Shown: positions 31,584 to 41,672 of the stretch, piece by piece
How positions within the stretch are numbered: position 1 is the stretch's first letter
How the letters are laid out: the number at the start of each line of letters is the position of its first letter
Assembly (NCBI GenBank): GCA_965219955.1
Contig: OZ244799.1
Span: forward strand, 2,400,001-2,464,000
DNA length: 64,000 nucleotides
Reading direction: 5' to 3'
DNA from: a bacterium
GTDB taxonomy: Bacteria; UBA8248
Program-made: the position numbers and the translations under genes
The notes under the pieces: generated by a model
The model's database searches: none
Seen by the model: the letters and a program-made list of their open reading frames with translations, nothing else
What the model was told of the DNA's origin: nothing

Positions 31584-32057
31584 TCACATGTTTTGGATAT
31601 GCCTGAAGTTCACCGCCGTATCCAGGTCTTTCGTCAAAGCAGCAAGGTAAAGATCGAGGTCCACGGTAAGCAAAGGCGTCTCTACGGTTGCGACTTCCAG
31701 AAGCGCGGCATCGGTAAGCCCGAGTCGCCTGAACTCCCTGTTTTGCGAGGCGACCTCGCTGACGACTTGTATTTCCCTGCTTTCTTCAATGGTGAACCGT
31801 AGTTGATCGAAGAAGCGGGAACGCTCGGGCTCTCCGTGTTGAGCAAGCAGGTTGGACGTTTCGGTAAGCGTATTCGGGGTGACGAACACTTGCTCGACTT
31901 GGTCCAGCAGGTTGCGCAGAATCCGGTAATCCTCGACTACGAATTGTTGCAGGCGACTATGCCTGGCGATGAACTCCTCCCCCACACGCCCCACAATAAG
32001 CAGAATGAGAAGATTCGCGTCGATGAAGTACCCAACAGGGGGCATCGATTTATTCAA
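31584..32057 (-). CDS. PIN domain protein
   Basis: FIDANLL, TPNTLTE, LGLTDAA, LTVD; lower GC. Confidence 0.85.
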   Translation of the reverse strand: MNKSMPPVGYFIDANLLILLIVGRVGEEFIARHSRLQQFVVEDYRILRNLLDQVEQVFVTPNTLTETSNLLAQHGEPERSRFFDQLRFTIEESREIQVVSEVASQNREFRRLGLTDAALLEVATVETPLLTVDLDLYLAALTKDLDTAVNFRHIQNM

Positions 32058-32334
32058 AAACAGCAGGCAGGACGCGGTCCGTTACTGATGTCACGTGACC
32101 GCTTTGCTTGTTGATGCTTACGACTTTATAGGAGCGCGCTTCGTGCTCTTTGCCGAACACGGTGGTCAATGTGCCCCGCTGAGACAGCGGGCGATAAAAA
32201 CCGATGGTTATCTTCCATTCGCTTGACCCCAAGTCGAGATCAACTTCTTCAAGGCCGACACCCGTGATCGCCTCATCACCGAAGAGATCGATAATGTATT
32301 CTTTCGCCGTTTGCACAGCTTCCTTCACTTCCAT
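32050..32334 (-). CDS. Small hypothetical protein coupled to PIN gene (candidate antitoxin)
   Basis: Stop overlaps PIN start by 8 nt; MEVKEAVQTAKEY...LEEV...WKITIG. Confidence 0.7.
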   Translation of the reverse strand: MEVKEAVQTAKEYIIDLFGDEAITGVGLEEVDLDLGSSEWKITIGFYRPLSQRGTLTTVFGKEHEARSYKVVSINKQSGHVTSVTDRVLPAVFE

Positions 32335-32430
32335 TGGAGTCTCCTTTTCGTTATCGGGTCCTCCAAGGATAGACATAACACGGCTAGAAGGCATGGACAA
32401 GGAAACCGCCCTGTGCGACAGGCTCGCCCC

Positions 32431-34197
32431 CTACCACCCCACCGCGTAGGACTCGCGCCTCGGGTCGGCTCCTGCGAGCAGGAAGCCCGTCTCGGGGTCC
32501 TTCACGATCGCGCAGACGCTGCCGGGCGGCCAGCTGAAATCGGGCCACGAACCCATCTTGTAGCCCATCCCGGTGAGCGCGCCGCCTGCGTCGCTCAAAA
32601 GACGCGCCTCCGCCCGCGCGCTCGCGGGTTCGTAAGCATGGGGCCAGAAGGAGTTGGGGAAATTGGCGGTGGCCGCCCTCGGCGCTTCGATCGCCATCTG
32701 CGGCAGCATTTCGAACAGGACGTGGTTCAGGAACACCTGCAGCATGGCCTGGGGCTGGACGTCGCCGCCCGGTGTGCCCAGCGTCATGTAGAACGCGCCG
32801 TCTTTTAGCGTCAGGGCGGGGTTCGGCGTGAGCCGGGGCCGCTTCCAGGGCGCCAGGCAGCTCGGATGGGCCGGGTCGAGCCAGCTTTGGGAGCCGCGCC
32901 CCGAGACGGTCGCTCCCACGCCCGGAACGAAGGGCATGGAGTTCGCGGGGTCCGAAGGCGTGCAGGAGAAGGCGTTTCCCTCCGAATCCACCGCCGTGCA
33001 GTAGGAGGTGTCGTGCTGGTATTCGGGCGCAGCCTCTTCGGGAACACGGTGCGCGCCGTCATACCTCCACGGATGGGCGCCCCCCTGTTGCGCCCAGGGG
33101 TCTCCGGGTTCGGGCATGTCGGCGAAAGCCTTATCCATATCTACGCGCTCCGCCTGCTTTGCGGCGTATTCTTTGGAGAGAAGGCCGTCTATGGGCACGT
33201 CCACGAACTCGGGATCCCCGATGAAGGCCTCCCTGTCCGCAAACGCGAGGTTGAGCGCACTCATGAGGGCGTGGAGGTAGCCCGGAGAATTATGGCCGAG
33301 AGCCAACAGGTCGAAGTTGGAGAGGATGTTCATCGCCTCCAGCAGCGTCGGGCCCTGGCACCACGGGCCGCAGGCGTAGACCTCGTGCCCTAGGTATTCC
33401 GTAACCACAGGCTCTTCTTCGAGCACGTGGAAATCGGCGAGATCGTTCAGGGTCATCAGGCCACCCTCTCGCTGGATGAAATCGACCATCAACCGCGCCG
33501 TCTCCCCGGTGTAGACCTCATCGCGCGCCGCGCGCACGCCCCCGGCGCGACCGCCGCCCGCTCTTTGCTCCGCGCGCACCATGCGCCGCATCGTCCCGGC
33601 CAGATCGGGAATCCGCACCCGCCCGCCCACGGGGATGAGGTCGCCGGCGGGAAAATAGACGGGCCGCGTCGATTCCCAGCGGTAGTAGTCTTGTTCGGCC
33701 GATTTGATGTGCTCGTACATGAAATGGTGCATGGGAAAACCATCTTCGGCCAGGGAGATGGCGTCTCCGGCGACTTCGGCGAAAGTCATCGTGCCGTAGC
33801 GCGCAAGCGCCGTGAGCCATGCGTCTATCGCAGCGGGGGTGACGGCGCGGCGCACGCCTGCGGGAATCTCGCCGCCGCAGTTTTTCTCGAACCACTCGAT
33901 AGAGGCCGCCTTGGGCCAGCGGCCGAGCCCGCTGATGGTGAGGACGCGGCGCTCTTTCGCCAGATAGATAATCGTGGGCGCGACGCCCAGGAACGACACC
34001 ATGTCGGAGTGGAGGACGCTCAGGCAGATACCGGCGGCGACGCCGGCGTCTATCGCGTTGCCTCCCTTCTCCAGGATCCTCAGGCCCGCCTGGCTCGCGT
34101 AGTGATGGCCGGAGGCGACCATCGCCTCGCGCGCGCTCACCTGCGGCCTGTGGGAGATGTATTCACGTCCTTCGGGGGTGGTGTGGCGAAACGCCAT
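32431..34197 (-). CDS. ggt: Gamma-glutamyltransferase family protein
   Basis: GGNAIDAGVA, DTSYCTAVD nucleophile Thr, GTPGGDVQPQ, GADPRR. Confidence 0.92.
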   Translation of the reverse strand: MAFRHTTPEGREYISHRPQVSAREAMVASGHHYASQAGLRILEKGGNAIDAGVAAGICLSVLHSDMVSFLGVAPTIIYLAKERRVLTISGLGRWPKAASIEWFEKNCGGEIPAGVRRAVTPAAIDAWLTALARYGTMTFAEVAGDAISLAEDGFPMHHFMYEHIKSAEQDYYRWESTRPVYFPAGDLIPVGGRVRIPDLAGTMRRMVRAEQRAGGGRAGGVRAARDEVYTGETARLMVDFIQREGGLMTLNDLADFHVLEEEPVVTEYLGHEVYACGPWCQGPTLLEAMNILSNFDLLALGHNSPGYLHALMSALNLAFADREAFIGDPEFVDVPIDGLLSKEYAAKQAERVDMDKAFADMPEPGDPWAQQGGAHPWRYDGAHRVPEEAAPEYQHDTSYCTAVDSEGNAFSCTPSDPANSMPFVPGVGATVSGRGSQSWLDPAHPSCLAPWKRPRLTPNPALTLKDGAFYMTLGTPGGDVQPQAMLQVFLNHVLFEMLPQMAIEAPRAATANFPNSFWPHAYEPASARAEARLLSDAGGALTGMGYKMGSWPDFSWPPGSVCAIVKDPETGFLLAGADPRRESYAVGW

Positions 34198-34479
34198 GGG
34201 GGTCCTCCTCATCCAAGGAGTTCAGAGTAGCCGCCATCTTGCCAGATGTGTTCCGGGGAGCGCAAAGAGCCGGTTCCGATTGAGGAAGGAGGGACTGCAG
34301 ACTGAGGAGGGAATCAATTCTCAGCGAAGAGGGGTTGTTGAAATAGCTTCGACAAACGAGGGTTTGACTCGGCCGGGGAGGGGGTTGTAGGGGCCGCATA
34401 TATGCGGCCCTTGCAGTGGGTGCGAAAAACCCAGGGTCGCATATATGTCGGACATATATGTCCGTATATGGACGCCCAC

Positions 34480-34730
34480 GAGAATGCAAGCGGTTTTTGG
34501 GGAGGGTTCGGCGCAAAGCGGTTCGGCTCAGTCGTATATCCGGCCTCTTCGTTGCGGCGCTTTACTCTGGCCGCGGGCCCGTATGGAGATAGGTGGACCG
34601 GGTCCAAATCGACCTGGTGAGCTCGGTGGCTCTGGACATATATCTGGTTTTCCCGGTCCCGTCTCGATGACCGTTTGCCCTTACCCTTCCTCCGGCCTGC
34701 TCACATTCCTCCCGGCTCTATCCGTGCGCC
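34480..34730 (-). ncRNA. Putative bridge/seek RNA of the IS110 element (ends approximate)
   Basis: Four segments matching target and donor junctions in LTG-RTG-LDG-RDG order (see findings). Confidence 0.7.
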
Positions 34731-34736
34731 CGCCGC

Positions 34737-35762
34737 TCAGGCGAGGGGCGCCGGCTCCCTGTAGACATCCTTGTTCCGCATCAGCGCCCACGCGATGCGC
34801 GCCATCCGGTTCGCCAGCGCCACCGCCACCACCTTCCTCGGCTTGCGCGCCAGCATCCGCGCCAGCCACGGACACGGCGGCTTCCGGCGACGCCCCGCCC
34901 AGCGTATCTCCGACATCGCGCCCGATATCAACAGACGCCTCACGTCGCGCTGGCCCATCTTCGACATGCCCCCCAGACGGGGCTTGCCCCCCGTGGAGTG
35001 CTGCCGGGGAACCAGACCCAGCCAGGCCGAGAAGTCACGGCCCCGACGGAAGTTCTCCACCGGCGGCGCGAACGCCCGGATCGCCGACGCCGTAATCGGA
35101 CCAACACCCGGGATGCTCATCAGACGCCGCGCCTCCTCGTCCGCGTATGCGCTCGCCCGGAGCCGTCCGGTCAACTCCCGGACCTTCGCATCGAGGCCGC
35201 CAATCTGGGCGAGCAGAATCCCGCCCAACTCGCGGACCTCCTCGGGCAGGCCCGATTCCGCTCCCCGAACCGCCGCCGCCAGCCGTGTGAGGCCCACGGG
35301 CCCTTGCCGCTCGACGACCCCGAACTCCGCCAGGTGGCTGCGCAGCGCGTTGCGCGCCTGCGTGCGCTGACCCACCAGCAAATCCCGCGTGCGGTACTCC
35401 ATCCCACACCCCTGCTGCGCTTCGCTCTTCACCGCCACGAAGCGCATCGTCGCCCGGGTGGCCGCCTCGCAAATGGCCTCCGCATCCGCCGCGTCGTTCT
35501 TGTGGCGCTTCACGTAGGGCTTCACGTAGACCGGCGGCATGAGCCGAACCTCATGGCCGAGCTTGCCGACCTCGCGCCCCCAGTAGTGCGCGCTCGCGCA
35601 CGCCTCCATCGCCACCACGCATCGAGGCTGCGACGACAGAAACTCCAGCACCTTCGCCCGCGTCAGCTTCTTGCGGAACGCGACCCGCCCGTCCGCCCAC
35701 GCGCCGTGGAGTTGAAAACTGTGTTTCGCCAAGTCGACCCCGATGATGTAGACTCCTCCCAT
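34737..35762 (-). CDS. IS110 family transposase/recombinase
   Basis: DEDD RuvC motifs IGVDLAK, MEAC, KNDAADAEAI; SIPGVG; GLVPRQHSTGG Ser; ATG after AAGGAG. Confidence 0.97.
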   Translation of the reverse strand: MGGVYIIGVDLAKHSFQLHGAWADGRVAFRKKLTRAKVLEFLSSQPRCVVAMEACASAHYWGREVGKLGHEVRLMPPVYVKPYVKRHKNDAADAEAICEAATRATMRFVAVKSEAQQGCGMEYRTRDLLVGQRTQARNALRSHLAEFGVVERQGPVGLTRLAAAVRGAESGLPEEVRELGGILLAQIGGLDAKVRELTGRLRASAYADEEARRLMSIPGVGPITASAIRAFAPPVENFRRGRDFSAWLGLVPRQHSTGGKPRLGGMSKMGQRDVRRLLISGAMSEIRWAGRRRKPPCPWLARMLARKPRKVVAVALANRMARIAWALMRNKDVYREPAPLA

Positions 35763-36141
35763 GGTCGTCTCCTTCCGGGCGGTGTGTGACGTCGTCTCGC
35801 CACATTCTAATCCGCCGGAAGGAGGCGTCCACCCCATCGACCTACACACGAACAAATTTTCCCTCTCTGATTTTTTCAACAGCCCCTTGTCAGGGGGGGT
35901 AGGGGGGGGTGGTTTTCAAGGCGAGGGAGGCGTCCCCTCTACCCCTGAAAAAGTCAATCTCGGTCGGCTCCGACACCGGAATGACGAGCAAAGCCGCAAG
36001 GGCTGTAGGGACAGGCCTCCGTGCCTGTCCGAAACCCTGAAAAGGACAACCACGGAGGGTTGTCCCTACAACCGCAACACCGACCAACGGGGGGTTTTTC
36101 AACAACCCCGACAAGGGGGGGTTGCCTCTCAAAGCGAGAGC

Positions 36142-37044
36142 TTACGCCGTGGCTTGCTCCACGAACCGCATATCCACGGCCTGCTCGTAGGAAACGCCCG
36201 TCTCTATCAGCCCGCCGCTCAGGCACGCGTCCCGCAGCCATTCGAAACTCTCCTGCGCGAGATATGGGTTCCGGTTCCAGAGGCCCAGGCTCTTGTAGCG
36301 CGCGATGGCCTGAGTCAGAAGGTCTGGGTCCATCTCCTCGAACCAGGACTTCACGAGGGAGGCGACGGCTTCCGCGTCGTTCTCCGCGATCCAGCGCTCG
36401 GCCCTCGCCATGGCGCGTGTCATGCCGAGGGCGGATTCGGGCTGCTCCCGCAGGAACGATCCCGGCGCATAGAACGCCGTATAGGTCGTAAGCCCCCGCT
36501 CCGCCGCCTGATACCAGATATGGCCCGCGCCTTCACGGATCAACTCCTCGGCGAATGGCTGAAACACCTGGATGACGTCGGCATCGCCCGCGCGCAGGGC
36601 GTCCGCGTTCTCGCCCATCGTCCGGTCCGGGATTCTGTTCAGGGCATCCGGGTCCAGCCCCGCCAGGCGCAGGTCGTGCTGCAAACACATCCAGGGGGTG
36701 GGCACCTCGCTCACCGTGGCGACCTTGGGACCCGCCAGATCGCTCATCCGAAATCCTGCGTTCGGCTCGCGACCGATCAGGAAAAACGGGTCGCGGCAGA
36801 CGACCTCGCAGAACACCTTGAGGTCGCAGTCCGGGTCCTTGTCGTACGCCACCAGGACGCGCATGGGGCCGCCCCAGCTCACCTGCGCCTCGCCGGACAT
36901 GAGCAGTTCCGCGTTCCGGGCGGGGTCGGGCGACGTCTCGATGCGAACGTCGGCGCCCGCCTCCTCATAGGCTCCCAGGGAGAAGGCGGCGTAGAACGGC
37001 GTGTAGAAAACGGCCCTGAAATTCTCGAGCAGCGTGATACTCAC
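36142..37044 (-). CDS. ABC substrate-binding protein, NMT1/THI5-like
   Basis: ENFRAVFYTPFY, SWGGPMR, RDPFFLIGR, FQPFAE. Confidence 0.8.
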   Translation of the reverse strand: MSITLLENFRAVFYTPFYAAFSLGAYEEAGADVRIETSPDPARNAELLMSGEAQVSWGGPMRVLVAYDKDPDCDLKVFCEVVCRDPFFLIGREPNAGFRMSDLAGPKVATVSEVPTPWMCLQHDLRLAGLDPDALNRIPDRTMGENADALRAGDADVIQVFQPFAEELIREGAGHIWYQAAERGLTTYTAFYAPGSFLREQPESALGMTRAMARAERWIAENDAEAVASLVKSWFEEMDPDLLTQAIARYKSLGLWNRNPYLAQESFEWLRDACLSGGLIETGVSYEQAVDMRFVEQATA

Positions 37045-37054
37045 TTGAACCTCC

Positions 37055-38278
37055 TCAAAGAATCGGCGCGAGAGTTTTTGACATCAGTTCGCGCTCGTCG
37101 ATTTCGAACACCTCCGCCAGCCAGTCGGCGGGTATCTCCTGGCCGATGGTGGGGTTGTCGTGCTGGCAGTGGTCGGCGCCCGTCTCCTCCTCGTCGACGA
37201 GCCTGAGCGTTACGTTTACTCCGGCGTCTTTCGCAGCGTCATACACCCTGCGCGCCTGGGCCACGCCGAGCACGTCGTAGCCCCCGTGAACGATGAGGTA
37301 GGGGCACTTCATGCGCTCGATGTGTCCCTCCAGCGTGAAGGGCGCGAGCTTCTCGACGGCTTCTTTCATGCTCGCTGCGCCGAACACCCACTTGATGGAA
37401 TCGGCGAGGCGGTGATCCTCGTCCGCATCGCGCCAAGTGTCATAAAGGCTCCACCCGGCGGTGTGGGAGACGGCGGCGGCGAGCCTGTGCTCGTAACAGG
37501 CCGCCCGCGCGGCGAAATGGCCCCCGATACCCCCGCCCAGAACGGCGACCCGCGAGGCGTCCACGTCCCCTCTGGCTTCCAGATAGTCGATGCAGCGGCC
37601 CACGGGAACCTCGTAGTCGTGGCGGCTGGTGATGCCCCCTCTTCTCAGCGTGCCGCCCTGGCCGGGGCCGTCCACCATGAGGGTCGATATGCCGCGCTGC
37701 AGGAACCCCCGCCCCGCCATGAACCACATCTCGTCCTTGTAGGCGTCCAGGCCGCCGAAGCAGATGAGAGCGGGCTGTCTTTCCACGCGAAAGGGCGCGG
37801 GCACAAAATAGGCGTCCAGATGCGCGCCGTCCTCGTAGGGAACCCGCACGACCTCGCCGGGAGGGGTCAAGTGGCTCAAAAACGCCTTCGAGCACGCCTC
37901 CACCTTCTCGAAAGTCTCCAGCCTGCGCGGATCATCCGACGCGAGCCAGAACTCCGCGCTCCGGTAGTAATCGGCCGCGCGCAGCCAGCAGTTTCGCGCC
38001 GTCTGGATGCGCCCCGCCGATGCGGCCTCATCGCCGCGCGCGCGGTTGCGATCCCCCACGCGGGTCCATTCGACGTGCCAGCTCTCGTTGTCGCCGGGCG
38101 TCATGCGGCTCGCGGCCTGAAAGCACTCGCTGATGGAGCCGCCGCCCTCCTGGGTCTCGCCGAGGGCGCGCCGGAACTGGTAGGACATCCACGGATGCTC
38201 GGGCCAGTGGTGCCAGCCGTAGGGTTCGTAGTGCGGCCCCCGGGATTCGTCGATCCGGTCGATCGCTTTTTCTTCCAT
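37055..38278 (-). CDS. Alpha/beta hydrolase (FrsA/DHPON-hydrolase-like) lacking the nucleophile Ser
   Basis: FGGLDAYKDE, VDGPGQG, GADHCQHD; elbow reads GGGIGG. Confidence 0.8.
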   Translation of the reverse strand: MEEKAIDRIDESRGPHYEPYGWHHWPEHPWMSYQFRRALGETQEGGGSISECFQAASRMTPGDNESWHVEWTRVGDRNRARGDEAASAGRIQTARNCWLRAADYYRSAEFWLASDDPRRLETFEKVEACSKAFLSHLTPPGEVVRVPYEDGAHLDAYFVPAPFRVERQPALICFGGLDAYKDEMWFMAGRGFLQRGISTLMVDGPGQGGTLRRGGITSRHDYEVPVGRCIDYLEARGDVDASRVAVLGGGIGGHFAARAACYEHRLAAAVSHTAGWSLYDTWRDADEDHRLADSIKWVFGAASMKEAVEKLAPFTLEGHIERMKCPYLIVHGGYDVLGVAQARRVYDAAKDAGVNVTLRLVDEEETGADHCQHDNPTIGQEIPADWLAEVFEIDERELMSKTLAPIL

Positions 38279-38436
38279 CAGAAAACCCTCCCCTGCGGTA
38301 TGCCTGGAATGGTGGAGCGTCCGCCCGGTCGGCGGATGAGAGACGACCCCCGCGCGAGCGGAAGTGAAATCAGCTGGTGAGCAATACTCCAAACGACCTT
38401 GCATGAATCAAGCAGCCCCTGAAGCTGCCCAATCCC

Positions 38437-40410
38437 CTATGCGGAAGCGGCGCCTCCGGCCACGGGGGCGGGCGTGGGCTCTCCCTCCTCGGCGAGGCGT
38501 CTTCTCTGCAGGATGAAAACCGCGCCCAGCATGATCGCGCCCGCCAGGTGGTTCAGGTAGCCCGGCCAGAACAAAAGCCCCGCCGCCAGGAACAAAAACC
38601 CGCGCATCGGGGCCGAGAAGGGGAAATACATGAACCCGACCATGGCGGCGGCGAGCGCCTGGAAGCCGAGAAGCCCCGCGGCGAAAGTCTCCAGCGAGAG
38701 CCAGGGCTGCCGGATCAGCAGGATCGGTGTGAAGGCGAACATCAGGGGCACGATATACATGCCCTTCGCCGTGCGGAAAGACGCCCAGGCGGCCTTCGCC
38801 GGGTTGGCGTCCGCTATGCCCGCCGCCGTATAGGCGGGCACGCATACAGGGGGCGTGAAACAACTGTCCAGGCTGTACCAGAACACGATGAGATGCGCGC
38901 CGAGGAGCGAGAGCTTGAACGGCTCGCCGAGTTCCAAGAGCGCGGGCACGGCCATGACGGACAGGACGATGTAGGCCGCGCTCGTCGGAAGCCCCATGCC
39001 GAGAACGAACGAGGCTACGCCCACCAGGAGGATGCCCAGGAACAGGCTGTCGTTCGCCATGTTCGTGACCAGGGAGGAGAACTTGAGGCCGAGACCCGTC
39101 TGGAAGAGCGCCCCCATGATGATGCCCACCGCCCCCACCGCCGCGCAGATGGGCAGCGACTGAATGGCGCCCTTCTCGAGCGCGAGGACGATGTTCCAAA
39201 GGCCGCGGCCTATTTCACCTGCGACTTCCGGGAGGCTCGTCCCCTCCCTTCTGGCCTTTTCCAGCAAGACGAGGGCGCCCTTGAGCCCCGCCAGGAGCAC
39301 GACGGAGAGGATGCCGGCGAGACCCGCCAGGGGGACGGTTCTGCCCGTCATGAGAATCCCGAGTATTACGAGCGGAGGCAGGAGGTAGAACCATCCGTCC
39401 TTCATGATGGGTCCCAGAGGGGGTATCAAATCCCTGGGCATGCCGACCAGGCCCCCTTTTCTCGCTTCCAGATGCACGGTTGCGTACACGGAGAAGAAAT
39501 ACAAAACAGCGGGGAGAACCGATACCTTCACGATCTCCCAATACGATATGCCGGTAAACTCCACGATCAGGAACGCCGACGCCCCCATGACGGGCGGCAT
39601 GATCTGCCCGCCCGTGGAGGCCGCCGTCTCGATGGCCGCCGCCGTCTCGGGCTTGAAGCCGGTACGCTTCATCATCGGGATGGTGAACGAACCCGTGGTG
39701 ACCACGTTCGCGTTCGCGCTGCCCATGATGGTGCCCGTCATGGCGCTGGCGAAAACCGCCGCCTTCGCCGGCCCGCCGCGCAGCCTGCCGGCGATCGACA
39801 CGGAGAGCTTCACGTAGAAATCGGCCGCCCCCATGCGGTCGAGGAACGCGCCGAAGAGGATGAACAAGAAGATGTAGACCGAAAAAACGCTTAAAGGAGC
39901 CGTCCACAGACCGTCGTAGGTAAAATACTGGTGATCGACGATGTGCATATAGGGGGCCCCTTTGTGCGCCAGATACCCGGGGAAATAGGGCCCGAAATAC
40001 GAGTAGACGATAAACATGAACGATATAAACGGCAACGCCAGGTTGATGGTCCTTCGCGCGGCCTCCCAGGTGAGCACCAGTACCGCCGTGCCCAGGAACA
40101 TATCCATGGGTTCGAGCGGATCGACGTAATACAGGCGATCCAGAAAATAATCGGTATAGAGTATCGGATAGGCGATGGAGGTGACCGCCAGGAGGCAGAT
40201 GGCGGCCGTCACGACGGCGCGCCACCAGCCTCCCGCGGGTTTTCGGTAGACGATGAATATCAGGGTCATCCCGAACAGAAACGAGAGCGCCCTCTGGTAC
40301 AGCGGCTCATACCCTCCCGTGTAGGCTATCTGAATATGATAGACGGACATCCCGACCGCTATCGCCAGGACGAGCCAATCCAGAGGAGTTCTTTGCTTGT
40401 TATCGTTCAC
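38437..40410 (-). CDS. TRAP transporter fused 4TM/12TM permease (TAXI type)
   Basis: GGPAKAAV, ASTGGQIMPPVMGA, LGMGLPT, TPPVC. Confidence 0.95.
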   Translation of the reverse strand: MNDNKQRTPLDWLVLAIAVGMSVYHIQIAYTGGYEPLYQRALSFLFGMTLIFIVYRKPAGGWWRAVVTAAICLLAVTSIAYPILYTDYFLDRLYYVDPLEPMDMFLGTAVLVLTWEAARRTINLALPFISFMFIVYSYFGPYFPGYLAHKGAPYMHIVDHQYFTYDGLWTAPLSVFSVYIFLFILFGAFLDRMGAADFYVKLSVSIAGRLRGGPAKAAVFASAMTGTIMGSANANVVTTGSFTIPMMKRTGFKPETAAAIETAASTGGQIMPPVMGASAFLIVEFTGISYWEIVKVSVLPAVLYFFSVYATVHLEARKGGLVGMPRDLIPPLGPIMKDGWFYLLPPLVILGILMTGRTVPLAGLAGILSVVLLAGLKGALVLLEKARREGTSLPEVAGEIGRGLWNIVLALEKGAIQSLPICAAVGAVGIIMGALFQTGLGLKFSSLVTNMANDSLFLGILLVGVASFVLGMGLPTSAAYIVLSVMAVPALLELGEPFKLSLLGAHLIVFWYSLDSCFTPPVCVPAYTAAGIADANPAKAAWASFRTAKGMYIVPLMFAFTPILLIRQPWLSLETFAAGLLGFQALAAAMVGFMYFPFSAPMRGFLFLAAGLLFWPGYLNHLAGAIMLGAVFILQRRRLAEEGEPTPAPVAGGAASA

Positions 40411-40434
40411 GCTCTCGCCTCTTTTCCGGGATAA

Positions 40435-41418
40435 TTACATCGAACCCCCGACTTCCTTGTAGAAACGCTTGGCGCCCTCATGCAGGGGTATCCCGACGTT
40501 CTTGCCCGCTTTTTTGGGGTCCCACCTCTTGTAGATCTTGTGGACGCCGCCGAGGAACTTCTGCTCGTCTTTCGCTATCTTGAGGATCGAATAGACCACG
40601 TCGGCGCTCATCTTGGTCGTGGTGAACAGGACGCCCGAAAGCCCCATCGAGTCCTTGGGATTGGGGTTGCCCTTATAGATGCCGCCGGGGATCTGGCAGG
40701 GCGTGAAGCCGTGGCCCGCCAGCAGCTTCTTCACGTCATCCGCCATGTCCAGGAACACGAGGTTCCGGCCCAGGGCCGCCTGGATGCCCGCGCCGTTGGG
40801 GTCGCCCGAATTGTGGAAGTAGAAATCGATCTGGCGCGCCCGGATCGCGCGCGACATGCCGCCCGCTCCCGGGAAGGTGAGTTTGTAGCCGCGCTTGGTG
40901 AGCTCCTTGTAGCTCGTCCCGTAATGCTTGACGATCATGCTCGCGATGTACTCCGTGCTGGTTCCCTTCTTGGCCGGGGCCAGCTTCATCGGCTTCTTCG
41001 ACTTGATGATGTCGCCCCAGGTCTTGATGCCGGCGTCATAGAGCTCCTTGGCGGCGTACTGGTGGTAGCACGAATCCCAGAAAGCGGCGATGCCACGGAG
41101 GTCCTTGTACGCTTTCTTGTAGGGCGTCTTTCCGGCCATCGCGGCGCCGGCGAAGTTCGAGAACGAGTAGCCGAAATCAGCGCCTCCACCTCCCACGCGC
41201 GCCGGGTTCGCGCGCCCGCCGCCGGGCGCCACGTTGAGGATGATCTTTTTCTGTTTCCTGTTGACGATTTCGCTGAGGCCCGCGCCCAGCCTGCCCATCG
41301 TGCCGCCCAGGCTGCCGACCGCGAGGTCGTATTTCGCGGGCGCGGCGTAGGCGTCGCCCACCGCCAGGAACGGCAGGGTGAGGGCGAGAATTCCGAACAT
41401 CATGACGATTCTCTTCAT
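40435..41418 (-). CDS. TAXI family TRAP solute-binding protein
   Basis: Signal peptide, GGGRANP, IPGGIYKG, PLHEGAKRFYKE; adjacent to permease. Confidence 0.92.
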   Translation of the reverse strand: MKRIVMMFGILALTLPFLAVGDAYAAPAKYDLAVGSLGGTMGRLGAGLSEIVNRKQKKIILNVAPGGGRANPARVGGGGADFGYSFSNFAGAAMAGKTPYKKAYKDLRGIAAFWDSCYHQYAAKELYDAGIKTWGDIIKSKKPMKLAPAKKGTSTEYIASMIVKHYGTSYKELTKRGYKLTFPGAGGMSRAIRARQIDFYFHNSGDPNGAGIQAALGRNLVFLDMADDVKKLLAGHGFTPCQIPGGIYKGNPNPKDSMGLSGVLFTTTKMSADVVYSILKIAKDEQKFLGGVHKIYKRWDPKKAGKNVGIPLHEGAKRFYKEVGGSM

Positions 41419-41672
41419 TTTTCCTCTCCTTGAAGAAGTGACGTAAAACTCCGATGAAGCGGTTCGAAGACTCCTGCTCATCAAGAAGCGCCCCGGCGAG
41501 AACGAACCCTCTCGCCGCGTTCTCAACGAGCGCTCTTTTCTGTATGCTTGGGCGTGAATCTTACAGACGGGAGCGTTTCGCTGTCAATGAAACTCGGGCG
41601 TCGAGCGAGCGTTTGAATCTGGCAATCCGGAGCGACCCGAAAAAACCGTTTTCTTCGACAAGGAGCAGAAAC

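Larger units (their letters stand above)
34465..35839 (-). mobile_element. IS110-family (IS1111-type) insertion sequence
   Basis: Subterminal inverted repeats TGGACGCC (34469-34476) and GGCGTCCA (35824-35831); CG core at both junctions; removal restores GTCGGACATATATGTC[CG]ACCTAC; long non-coding end 3' of transposase. Confidence 0.9.
34331..36124. repeat. Composite MITE/REP-like repeat interrupted by the IS110 element
   Basis: Left end GGGGTTGTTGAAATA at 34331; right ends at about 35886 and 36109; GTAG-type and C/G-run palindromes. Confidence 0.8.
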
